DNA from: a virus
Lineage: Duplodnaviria > Caudoviricetes
IMG/VR virus record: IMGVR_UViG_3300001538_000003
Span: 1 to 54,556 of that record
Strand: one strand, 5' to 3'
Length of the DNA stretch: 54,556 nucleotides
Positions 28,774 through 36,502 of this stretch are shown here, one piece after another. Position 1 is the stretch's first letter. Every line of letters starts with the position of its first letter. The notes beneath the pieces are model-generated. The model was given only the letters and a program-made list of their open reading frames with translations, was not told the origin of the DNA and did no database searches. Made by a program: the position numbers and the translations under genes.

Positions 28774-28846
28774 CGATGTCGCCCATGCGTCGCGCGGTTA
28801 CTGGCGGAACGGGATGGAATGTGGCTAGTGTACGGTTCGGGGTACA
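28636..28846. repeat. 15-bp direct repeats flanking the attP core (arm-type sites)
   Basis: ACGGTTCGGGGTACA at 28636-28650 and 28832-28846. Confidence 0.7.
28701..28742 (-). other. attP: attP core: 3' half of a tRNA-Met(CAT) gene
   Basis: Reverse complement CTCATAA-TGCCG-GGGTC-GCGGG-TTCGAGT-CCCGC-CCCTGCT-A gives anticodon loop, T-arm and acceptor strand. Confidence 0.85.
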
Positions 28847-28930
28847 CATCGCGGCGGATATGGGGACGATGCGGCGCGCGTTGGAGCGTCGGCGGAAAAT
28901 CACGGACGACAAGAAAAAAGAGGAGGCGAT

Positions 28931-29137
28931 GTGAGTTGGCTAAATGGGTTAACCCCGATGCAATTCGCCGCGTTGGTGCCGCATTGCGAGAGGTGCGAAG
29001 TATTCATGCGCCGTATCGGTGAAGGTGCGTGGCAATGTCCTCGTTGTGGCTCAGCCAAAGAGACGGACGAGGCAGTGGTTCGCGCGCGGGCGGAGCGCGC
29101 GAACACGGACGAGGAGAAGAAAGAGGAGGCGATGTGA
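28931..29137 (+). CDS. Zn-ribbon small protein (cassette 1)
   Basis: CERC...CPRC; starts and ends in junction repeats. Confidence 0.65.
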   Translation: MSWLNGLTPMQFAALVPHCERCEVFMRRIGEGAWQCPRCGSAKETDEAVVRARAERANTDEEKKEEAM

Positions 29138-29373
29138 GCGATGCCGACAACGAGTGCGAGCAGCCGCTGCGAAAGTATATCCAGTGGGGATTAGAGGAAG
29201 CTCAGTCCGCCGAGGCCGCGAGGGCTGAGGGAAGATTCTTGGATGCCGAAGCTGCCTGTCGGCAGGCATCGCAGCACTTTGAAACGGCTACTCATTGGGC
29301 GTTCGCGAACAATATCCTTCAGCGCCGAATGGAGACCACGATCACGGATGATAAAAAAGAAGAGGCGATGTGA
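29134..29373 (+). CDS. Hypothetical protein (cassette 2)
   Basis: GTG start in one repeat; ends TDDKKEEAM. Confidence 0.6.
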   Translation: MSDADNECEQPLRKYIQWGLEEAQSAEAARAEGRFLDAEAACRQASQHFETATHWAFANNILQRRMETTITDDKKEEAM

Positions 29374-29645
29374 AAAATGATTTCCGACCGCCAAAGCTGA
29401 AACTGACAAACCTTCGAAAGACACACGAAGCGTGGACAATAAGCGCGCGGCCGCGGCGGCACTTCTATCAAGACGGCGGCAGTGGAATCGCCTACGGCGC
29501 TCGCAGTAGGATTCTTGACGAGGTAGACATCTACCTTGAGACCGACACGCTCGAAGGGTTACAAGCGGCGATGATCTTTATTGATGACCAAGTATGCGAG
29601 GCGGCGATGAGAACCGGCGGCGTTCCGATCGCTCAGCCGACTTGA
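29370..29645 (+). CDS. Hypothetical protein
   Basis: GTG start in the third repeat. Confidence 0.6.
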   Translation: MKNDFRPPKLKLTNLRKTHEAWTISARPRRHFYQDGGSGIAYGARSRILDEVDIYLETDTLEGLQAAMIFIDDQVCEAAMRTGGVPIAQPT

Positions 29646-29683
29646 ATGGAGAGCACAATGGAGAGCACGCGAGGAGGTAGCTG

Positions 29684-30304
29684 ATGCCAACCGGATATAC
29701 AGCCGATGTGGCCGATGGGAAGGTGACCGACTTCCGCACGTTCGCGCTCCGATGCGCGCGGCAATTCGGCGCGACGGTCATGCAACGCGACGAGCCGATG
29801 GATGTGCTGCCGAAGTTGCGGGAAGAATCAGACTACGCGAAACAGGGGCTCGCGAAGGCGGAGGCAGATCTCGCGCGCCTCAATCGAATGACGCTGAAAG
29901 AAGCAGAAGCGGTGCAGGCACGAGAGCATTACGAGCAAGCGCGTAGCAATGAAGAAGGGCGACGCGACCACCGCACCAAGCGCGACCGCTACACTGCCAT
30001 GCTCGCAGCGGTGCGTCGCTGGAAGGCTCCGACTGCCGATCATCGTGGGCTGAAGAAGTTTATGATCGACCAGCTTGAAGAGTCGATTCGTTTCGATTGC
30101 AACGATGAGTGGCTTGAGGAAAAGCCGCTGGAAACGCCAGAGGCATGGCTCGAAGAGAAGAAGCGCCGCGCGCGCGACTCGATCAAGCGGGATGCTCAGG
30201 ATGTAGCTGAAGAGAGAATGCGCGTCGCCTCGGCAAACCAGTGGATTCAGGCGCTATGGGAGAGCCTGCCGCGCGAAGAGGCGACGGAGCCCGTGCCCGT
30301 ATGA
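29684..30304 (+). CDS. Phage hypothetical protein (MPTGYT... type)
   Basis: GGAGG RBS; MPTGYTA...FAL.CARQFGA...RDEP; coiled coil. Confidence 0.7.
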   Translation: MPTGYTADVADGKVTDFRTFALRCARQFGATVMQRDEPMDVLPKLREESDYAKQGLAKAEADLARLNRMTLKEAEAVQAREHYEQARSNEEGRRDHRTKRDRYTAMLAAVRRWKAPTADHRGLKKFMIDQLEESIRFDCNDEWLEEKPLETPEAWLEEKKRRARDSIKRDAQDVAEERMRVASANQWIQALWESLPREEATEPVPV

Positions 30305-30498
30305 GCGAATCGCAGCGGGAAGCAGTCGAAGCGCCGGAAACTGCCGCCGAAGTCGCGGAAATCATCGGCGAGTTGCTATTCGTCACCACCGCGAAGGGCG
30401 CGACGGCTGAGGCAAAGCGCGACGCCTACGAGAAGATCGCGGCCTACGCGATCCAAGCAGCGACGGGCATCGCGGCGGGAAAAGAGGCGAAGAAATGA
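30301..30498 (+). CDS. Hypothetical protein
   Basis: ATGA coupling. Confidence 0.5.
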   Translation: MSESQREAVEAPETAAEVAEIIGELLFVTTAKGATAEAKRDAYEKIAAYAIQAATGIAAGKEAKK

Positions 30499-30788
30499 TT
30501 ATCGATGAATGGCATTCGTGCGAGATCGTGATTCAGGATGCGCCCGAGTCGGCGGCTGAACGGCTCAAGCGTGCGGAGCGCGCGGTGTTGGATGCGGTCC
30601 CTGACTTGGATGACTCGGGCGCAAGCTTCGCCGCGTTGCGTGTGGAGCTGTTAGCGGCGCGAGTCGCCTTCGCTGCGGAGCAGGACGACAACCGTCGGGC
30701 GCAAGAGTGCGTTCGGTACGACTCGCCCGAGACACAAGAGGCCGCACGGATCGCATGGGCACGAAGTGGCACATTCCGTCCGTCTTGA
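30495..30788 (+). CDS. Hypothetical protein
   Basis: ATGA coupling; GAGG RBS. Confidence 0.5.
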   Translation: MIIDEWHSCEIVIQDAPESAAERLKRAERAVLDAVPDLDDSGASFAALRVELLAARVAFAAEQDDNRRAQECVRYDSPETQEAARIAWARSGTFRPS

Positions 30789-30844
30789 TGCTGCCCGCGC
30801 TATAGCGTATGCTATACGCCCCTCCACCCGCTGAGTCGCCTGAT

Positions 30845-31105
30845 ATGGCAACGCTCAAACTGGACCTAATAGGCTCGCAGACGATGGTCGAATATTTCAA
30901 GGACCTGGACAAGCGACTCCTGGAGATGGGAGCGAGTCGTAGTGCACTCGCTCGCCAGCTCAACGCGGACGGTGCCCAGGTGCAACGATACTTCACGGAC
31001 ACCGACCCCAACCCGACGGCCAAGACGCTGATCGCGATTGAGGAAGCCGTGGTCACTATCCGTCGGCGCCGCGCACAAGCGCGCCGATACCTTCCTGCTC
31101 ACTGA
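30845..31105 (+). CDS. HTH DNA-binding protein
   Basis: GASRSALARQLNADGAQVQRYF...NPTAKTLIAI. Confidence 0.7.
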   Translation: MATLKLDLIGSQTMVEYFKDLDKRLLEMGASRSALARQLNADGAQVQRYFTDTDPNPTAKTLIAIEEAVVTIRRRRAQARRYLPAH

Positions 31106-31113
31106 GCCACCCG

Positions 31114-31479
31114 ATGCGCTTCGCCCTGCTCGTCCTCATGCTCGCCTTTGCTCTTGCCTCGCCCGCGCGAGCGCAAGCGCCTGAGCCCCAGTGGGTCGTC
31201 TTTGGCACCGATACATCCGTGCTCCACCAAGAGTTTGTCTACGCCGTCGATACGGCGAATATCCAAGCAGCGGGCGCGAAGCGGCAGGAGACGATCGACG
31301 TCACGACGACGCTACTTAACAAGCCAACCGCCGCGCCAACGCATACGATCTACGTGATTCAGTTCAACTGCGAGACGACGCAGATGAAGTGGGGCTCTGA
31401 TCCGTGGGGCGACCTCGACCTCGATCCAAGCAATACGTGGCTGGCCGAGTTCAAGCGCGTGTGTCCCGCTGAGAAGTAA
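31114..31479 (+). CDS. Secreted/periplasmic protein
   Basis: Signal peptide ending ARA-Q; W...VD...FNC...VC pattern. Confidence 0.65.
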   Translation: MRFALLVLMLAFALASPARAQAPEPQWVVFGTDTSVLHQEFVYAVDTANIQAAGAKRQETIDVTTTLLNKPTAAPTHTIYVIQFNCETTQMKWGSDPWGDLDLDPSNTWLAEFKRVCPAEK

Positions 31480-31573
31480 GCGAGAGCACTCCGCACATTT
31501 TTGCGCCCCGCTGTATAGCGTACTAGATTAGCAGGAGAGAGGTTCGCAATAGCCGCACACAGAGGCACATCGC

Positions 31574-33472
31574 ATGGGCCAGTCGATCAGCATCCCAGCG
31601 CAAACGGTCAGCGTCCCGACGGATCCCGCGCTCGACGCGCTGGCCGCAACAGCCGCGCAAGCCAGCGCAGATGCGACAACGGCGCTGGCGAACGTCGCGC
31701 GTGCGATCGTGCAGCTCACTACGCTCACGGCGCGCGTGGTGACTCTTGAGGCCGCCTCGCCCACCCCGACGCCTACCCCAACTCCGACTCCCACCCCGAC
31801 TCCTACGCCGACCCCGACTCCCGTGCCCGTGGGCGCCCCACGCTCGCTGCGGCGACCGTGGCTCCGGACGCGCGCGATCGAGCGGTGGACGACTGTCGCC
31901 GACAACGACTTCGCGAACGGACACATCGATGACATCGATGGGGGTTCGACCACGTCGCATCCGAACGCGGTCTGCGTTCAGATGTATGCGCTCCTCCTCT
32001 TCGGTGAGTCGAACGGCGAGAACGACTTCACTGCCGGGGTATGGTCAGCCCCCGCCGATGATCCACGCCACGCCGTCCGCTGGATACAGTTTGCACATGA
32101 TTGGGCTGTGGCGCACGGAGACAGCGAGGAGGATTATTACCTCCACGCACAAATAGGCCAGCCGAACAACGTCGCGGGGATTACGTCGATCTCCGCGCTC
32201 GGCGTCATCGTGTTCAATTCTCCGCAGCCGGGCGGCGGTCCCATTTCCTCGTATCCGTTCACGCCGGGGCAGACAATCGCCCTCGCGGGGCTCACCGCAG
32301 GCAACGGGACGTATCCCGTCTCGACATTGCAGAAGTTCGGCATCACGATCTCGGGGTGGTCAGCGGGGGCGCTCGGATCTGGATTGCCCGGCAATTCCAA
32401 GATCGGGACGGTCTCAACACCCGGCACCGGGACGCGGCTCAAGGACAATCGTCTCCAGCGGTTCGGGTGGGCGTCATGGACGCTCGGAACGAACTTCGGT
32501 GCGGCCACCGCCCGTGCGATGCAGGTCGCGCGTTTCGCGCAGATGATCCTGGCCGGTGGTGTCGCGCAACAGAATGGCGTCCTCATCGACTCCATGTCGA
32601 CGGGCGATTACAGTGGGCATACCGCCTCCGTCGAATACGGCCCCTCGGGACTGGCGCCTCAGTACGTCATCGACTTGGCGAGCGAACTCGCCGCGATCTT
32701 GGCCAGCGCGGGCGCACCCACCTATCTCCGCATCAACACGGCGGGGGATTTCTTCGCGACCGACGCGACGCTCTCCCGTGCCGCGAAAGGCGCCCACTGC
32801 GAGAGTTCGCTTGGCCTCTTCCCCTACGCCGCCTCCGAATCGCTCACCTACGTCATCGCACGAAACGCGGAAGGCGTTGACATCGAGTTCTCCTTCGGCG
32901 GCACGTACACGATCACGAACGGGGTGGCGACACTCAACGGGCTCCCGGCGAGTTACACGGCGGGCAATTACGCGACCCCCACCGCCCGCGCGCTTGTCTC
33001 CCTCTACGCCTACTGGCTCATGGCCGTCGATGCGACGTTTACCGTGAGCGACGGTGGCACGCGGAAGCATTGCATTCTGGATCTCTGGAACGGGATGAAG
33101 GTGGGGCAAGGGCCGTTCTCTGCCGTCTGGCCGCTCGTGCTCGATACCGACATCGGCCAGCCGCTCGCGCCCTACGTGAAGTCGTCTCTTATCGATCCGC
33201 TTGGCATCCCCGTCCAGCGCTACACGCGCGCCTTCTCGCACGACGGGACGACGCCCGCGGTGTTCGTCGTCTTTCTCGGCAACGCGGGCTATAGCACCAC
33301 GGGCCTCAAGCCAACCGACTACGGCGACGCCTCGCTCGTGACGACGACACTACCAGCAGCGCCCACGGGCAAGGCGTGGCACCAGCTCATGCACGACGGC
33401 ACACTGAGCGCCGCGGCCTCCGCGAGCGTCACGAGCCGTCGCTCCGAAGGGCTGATTCTGGTGGCGACATGA
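31574..33472 (+). CDS. Putative glycoside hydrolase-like protein with PT linker
   Basis: N-terminal helix, (PT)n linker, DYYLH, NGVLID, IGQPLAP...YTRAFSH; reminiscent of GHL15-like proteins (inference). Confidence 0.5.
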   Translation: MGQSISIPAQTVSVPTDPALDALAATAAQASADATTALANVARAIVQLTTLTARVVTLEAASPTPTPTPTPTPTPTPTPTPTPVPVGAPRSLRRPWLRTRAIERWTTVADNDFANGHIDDIDGGSTTSHPNAVCVQMYALLLFGESNGENDFTAGVWSAPADDPRHAVRWIQFAHDWAVAHGDSEEDYYLHAQIGQPNNVAGITSISALGVIVFNSPQPGGGPISSYPFTPGQTIALAGLTAGNGTYPVSTLQKFGITISGWSAGALGSGLPGNSKIGTVSTPGTGTRLKDNRLQRFGWASWTLGTNFGAATARAMQVARFAQMILAGGVAQQNGVLIDSMSTGDYSGHTASVEYGPSGLAPQYVIDLASELAAILASAGAPTYLRINTAGDFFATDATLSRAAKGAHCESSLGLFPYAASESLTYVIARNAEGVDIEFSFGGTYTITNGVATLNGLPASYTAGNYATPTARALVSLYAYWLMAVDATFTVSDGGTRKHCILDLWNGMKVGQGPFSAVWPLVLDTDIGQPLAPYVKSSLIDPLGIPVQRYTRAFSHDGTTPAVFVVFLGNAGYSTTGLKPTDYGDASLVTTTLPAAPTGKAWHQLMHDGTLSAAASASVTSRRSEGLILVAT

Positions 33473-33864
33473 CGAAGCCACAGACGACACGGGACAAACT
33501 CACCGCCGAACTGGCGCTTCACACTAAGCACGGACGTTCGGGCGACGTGACGGCGCTGCTCATCCTCGTGGGGCAGATGCTCCTCGAGTTCCACGCGGAG
33601 ACTACCGCACAGCTCAACCACATTCATCAATTGGAGCAACGTATTATGTCAGCTATCGACGACATCAAAGCAGGGTTCGCCGCGCAGGACGCCAAGATCG
33701 ACGACATCGGCGTCAAGGTTGATGCGCTCGAAGCCGCAATCGCAGCTAGCGCTGCCTCGAACGATGCTGCCGTTGCCGCAGCGCTCGCCGACGTGAAGAC
33801 GGCGCAGGACGAAGCCGCAACGCACATCGATACGCTCGGCGCGAAGTTTCCCCCAGCGGCCTAG
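33469..33864 (+). CDS. Coiled-coil hypothetical protein
   Basis: ATGA coupling; IMSAIDDIKA...; possible internal start. Confidence 0.55.
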   Translation: MTKPQTTRDKLTAELALHTKHGRSGDVTALLILVGQMLLEFHAETTAQLNHIHQLEQRIMSAIDDIKAGFAAQDAKIDDIGVKVDALEAAIAASAASNDAAVAAALADVKTAQDEAATHIDTLGAKFPPAA

Positions 33865-33868
33865 TCCG

Positions 33869-34015
33869 ATGGCCACCAAACGGACGAGCGGCGGCAAGTT
33901 CGCGAAGGGTAACAAGAGCGGGAGCCCTAAGAAGGCGAGCCCCAAGAAGATGCCCGCCTTCCTCGCGAAGAAGCTGGGACGGAAAGTCGGCAAGGTCGTG
34001 CAGCAGAAGTGGTAG
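33869..34015 (+). CDS. Small Lys-rich basic protein (48 aa)
   Basis: MATKRTSGGKFAKGNKSGSPKKASPKKMPAFLAKKLG...; not in the ORF track. Confidence 0.55.
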   Translation: MATKRTSGGKFAKGNKSGSPKKASPKKMPAFLAKKLGRKVGKVVQQKW

Positions 34016-34032
34016 CGCGGTAGAGTACGGTA

Positions 34033-34106
34033 CGCGGGGTAGCGCAGCGGCAGCGCATCGCGGTTCATCGCCGCGAAGGTCGTGAGTTCGAGTCTCACCC
34101 CCGCAA
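34033..34106 (+). tRNA. tRNA-fMet-like (CAT) with atypical anticodon arm
   Basis: CGCGGGG/CCCCGCA acceptor with C1:A72 mismatch; GCGC D-stem; GTGAG-TTCGAGT-CTCAC T-arm; CAT at 34066-68; no encoded CCA. Confidence 0.8.
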
Positions 34107-34108
34107 CT

Positions 34109-34546
34109 ATGAAGAAAACGACTCCACCGCCCGCACGGGCGAGACGAAAGGCGAAGCCAGCCACGAACGCTAACGGACGCGAGAAGGTTGCCGGCGAGGG
34201 TAGGGGTAAGGGTGGCGGACGCCCCGAACTCCCCATCGATCCGACCGTCGTCGAAGGGATGGCGTATTGTGGGGCGACGAATGTAGAGATCGCTGAGTTC
34301 CTGAATACGACTCCTGAACTTATCGAGCGACGTTTCATACCTCTTTTGCGCAAAAATAGAGCGGATCGGAGAATCCGTCTGCGGCAGGCGCAATTCGCGC
34401 TCGCGGAATCGGGTAACCCCGCGATGCTCATCTGGCTTGGCAAGCAGTACCTCGGTCAGCAGGATAAGACGGAAGTCGCGCACACGACGCCAGAAGGCGA
34501 GAAGCGGCAAGTCGCTATCGTGTTCGGGCAGCGCATCGAGTTCTAG
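34109..34546 (+). CDS. terS: Terminase small subunit
   Basis: GRP...GAT..EIA..L...LRQAQF..A..GN..MLIWLGKQYLGQ.DK. Confidence 0.8.
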   Translation: MKKTTPPPARARRKAKPATNANGREKVAGEGRGKGGGRPELPIDPTVVEGMAYCGATNVEIAEFLNTTPELIERRFIPLLRKNRADRRIRLRQAQFALAESGNPAMLIWLGKQYLGQQDKTEVAHTTPEGEKRQVAIVFGQRIEF

Positions 34547-34549
34547 CCC

Positions 34550-36028
34550 GTGGCCACCGCTGTCAAGCCGCGCCTGACTCCACCGCGAACGCCGCCGATC
34601 GATGATACGCTTCAATTCTCGCCAACGCCGCTACAGGATCGGTTCATTACCGACGTGTTCTCGGGGAAGTGGCGGTTCTTCGGCTTGGGCGGCGCCATCC
34701 GTGGCGGCAAGACGATTTCCGTCGTTGAGTGCCTCTTCCTGTTGTGCAAGATATTCCCCGGTTCCCGCTGGGCGATCGTCCGCAAGGATCTGCCGCGCAT
34801 TCGCCGCAACACCATCCCCACCATCGAGAAGTTTGCCCCGCGTCCATTCGTCGGGAAGCTGGACAAAGCCGAGTGGAAGTATCGGTGCGCGAACGGCTCA
34901 GAGATTCTGCTTATCGCCGAGCAGCTCCCCACCGATCCCGACCTCGATCGATTCAAGGGGCTTGAGGTCAACGGCTTCGTGCTCGAGGAAGCGAACGAAG
35001 TCAGCGAGCAGACCGCGAATAAATGTACAGAGCGACTAGGAAGCTGGATCATCCGGCCCACGGATGCCAACCCACACCCCAAGCAGCCGCCCGCGCTCAT
35101 CCTCGCGACGTTTAACCCTGCTGACAACTGGGTACGCGAATGGTTCTACGACCCGTGGCGCGAGGGGCGCATCGAGCCGCCCTATTACTTCCTCCCTGCC
35201 CTCCCGACCGACAATCCCTACAACACTGAGGAGCAGTGGGCCGCGTGGCGTGAGCTGCCGCCAGAGCAGTACAAGCGATTTATCGAAGGCGATTGGGCAG
35301 CGATCATCGATCCCTATCAGCTGCTCACGTACGCGCAAGTGATGGAAGCGGCGAACGTGGAGCCTGAACGCGGGCGCAAGCGTGAGGGGTTGGATGTCGC
35401 GAGCGGTGGCGATGACGACACGGTGTTCTGCCTGATCGATGGGAACGTCATCGACGGCGCGGCGCTCGAGGTGCATCACCATTGGGACGAGCCCACGACC
35501 GCAGAGCGTGCGCGTCAGCGAATGCAGGAGCACGGCATCGCACCAGCCGATTACGTCGTGGACTCTGTAGGCATTGGCTCAGGTGTCTACAATATGCTGA
35601 GGCGCTGGGGGAGGAACGTACGCGCGTTCGTCGCTGGCGGTAAGGCGGTCCCGCGCCTCGTGCAACCCGACGGTAGCACGCTCGTCACATATCCGAACGG
35701 CATCACCACTCGCGAACGCGCGCCCGTGGTAAAGTCGATGTTCACCTTCGTCAATATCCGCTCTCAAGCGTGGTGGGAGTTCGCGGAGGGCGTGAAGCGC
35801 GGGAAGTGGTGCATCCTCAATCCCACGAAAGAGATGATCCGTGACCTGACCGCGCCGCGGTATCAGTACCTCTCGGAACTTAAGATCAAAGTGGACTCGA
35901 CGGACGACATCAAGGAACTGACAGGCCACTCGCCGGACGTGGGCACCGCCGTCGTGCAAGCCGCGTTCGAGTGGCCGAAGGTGCCAGTTGTGAAAGGAGC
36001 AGGCACACACACGATCTGGACGGGATGA
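34550..36028 (+). CDS. terL: Terminase large subunit
   Basis: Walker A GGAIRGGKT, Walker B FVLEEA, TFNP, nuclease GLDVA..GDD and SPD. Confidence 0.95.
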   Translation: MATAVKPRLTPPRTPPIDDTLQFSPTPLQDRFITDVFSGKWRFFGLGGAIRGGKTISVVECLFLLCKIFPGSRWAIVRKDLPRIRRNTIPTIEKFAPRPFVGKLDKAEWKYRCANGSEILLIAEQLPTDPDLDRFKGLEVNGFVLEEANEVSEQTANKCTERLGSWIIRPTDANPHPKQPPALILATFNPADNWVREWFYDPWREGRIEPPYYFLPALPTDNPYNTEEQWAAWRELPPEQYKRFIEGDWAAIIDPYQLLTYAQVMEAANVEPERGRKREGLDVASGGDDDTVFCLIDGNVIDGAALEVHHHWDEPTTAERARQRMQEHGIAPADYVVDSVGIGSGVYNMLRRWGRNVRAFVAGGKAVPRLVQPDGSTLVTYPNGITTRERAPVVKSMFTFVNIRSQAWWEFAEGVKRGKWCILNPTKEMIRDLTAPRYQYLSELKIKVDSTDDIKELTGHSPDVGTAVVQAAFEWPKVPVVKGAGTHTIWTG

Positions 36029-36333
36029 AACGGCAATCCCTCGGGAAACGCGTGCTGCCGCCATACGCGAAACTCGACAAGGGAATTAAGCGGCACGTCC
36101 GCATACTCTTCGAGAACGGCATCGAGACCTGTGAATCATGTCAGGGTGGGAGGGGTCACCCATTCCCCGAGCCCACCGTTCGGTTTTACGGTGGACAGGG
36201 GGAAGGGTTTCGCGCCCTCGCGATCGCGCTAGAACACGGCCTCAAGGTCTACGAGCTGCGCCGCCTGTATCAGATTCGCGACGGCGAGCCGTGCGGGCCG
36301 TACTGGGAGATGGCGTTCGTCGCGCAGAAGTAG
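36025..36333 (+). CDS. Hypothetical protein (T.ESC.G motif)
   Basis: ATGA coupling; LDKGI...GIETCESCQGG.GH. Confidence 0.6.
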   Translation: MKRQSLGKRVLPPYAKLDKGIKRHVRILFENGIETCESCQGGRGHPFPEPTVRFYGGQGEGFRALAIALEHGLKVYELRRLYQIRDGEPCGPYWEMAFVAQK

Positions 36334-36502
36334 GAGTATCGCGTTCCCGATCCGCACTATAGCGCAACTGAATAGCGCGGACGTATATTGCTCGATGGGG
36401 TGCGGCCTAATGGGAAGCAACTCTCCGGGTTTAATCCATGGCCTGAGTTATCGGCACGTCCGGCTTGACAGCCCACCCCAACACTCTCCACGGCGAGCGT
36501 GA

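Larger units (their letters stand above)
28899..29373 (+). repeat. Three conserved gene-junction repeats (CACGGAYGA...AAAGARGAGGCGATGTGA)
   Basis: Copies at 28899-28934, 29102-29137 and 29341-29373. Confidence 0.85.

Noticed and set aside
28899-29373. Classical integron attC sites
   Set aside because: No RYYYAAC...GTTRRRY inverted structure, and the integrase resembles a phage Int rather than IntI
29645-29668. 12-bp tandem duplication AATGGAGAGCAC x2
   Set aside because: Two copies only; probably a local slippage event
31759-31830. PT repeat (and poly-Pro at ~22905-22950) as phase-variable tracts
   Set aside because: Codons vary and frame is preserved; ordinary linkers
35640-35750. Intein or intron in the terminase
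   Set aside because: The extra ~30-aa segment lacks C/S...HN splice motifs and the ORF is continuous
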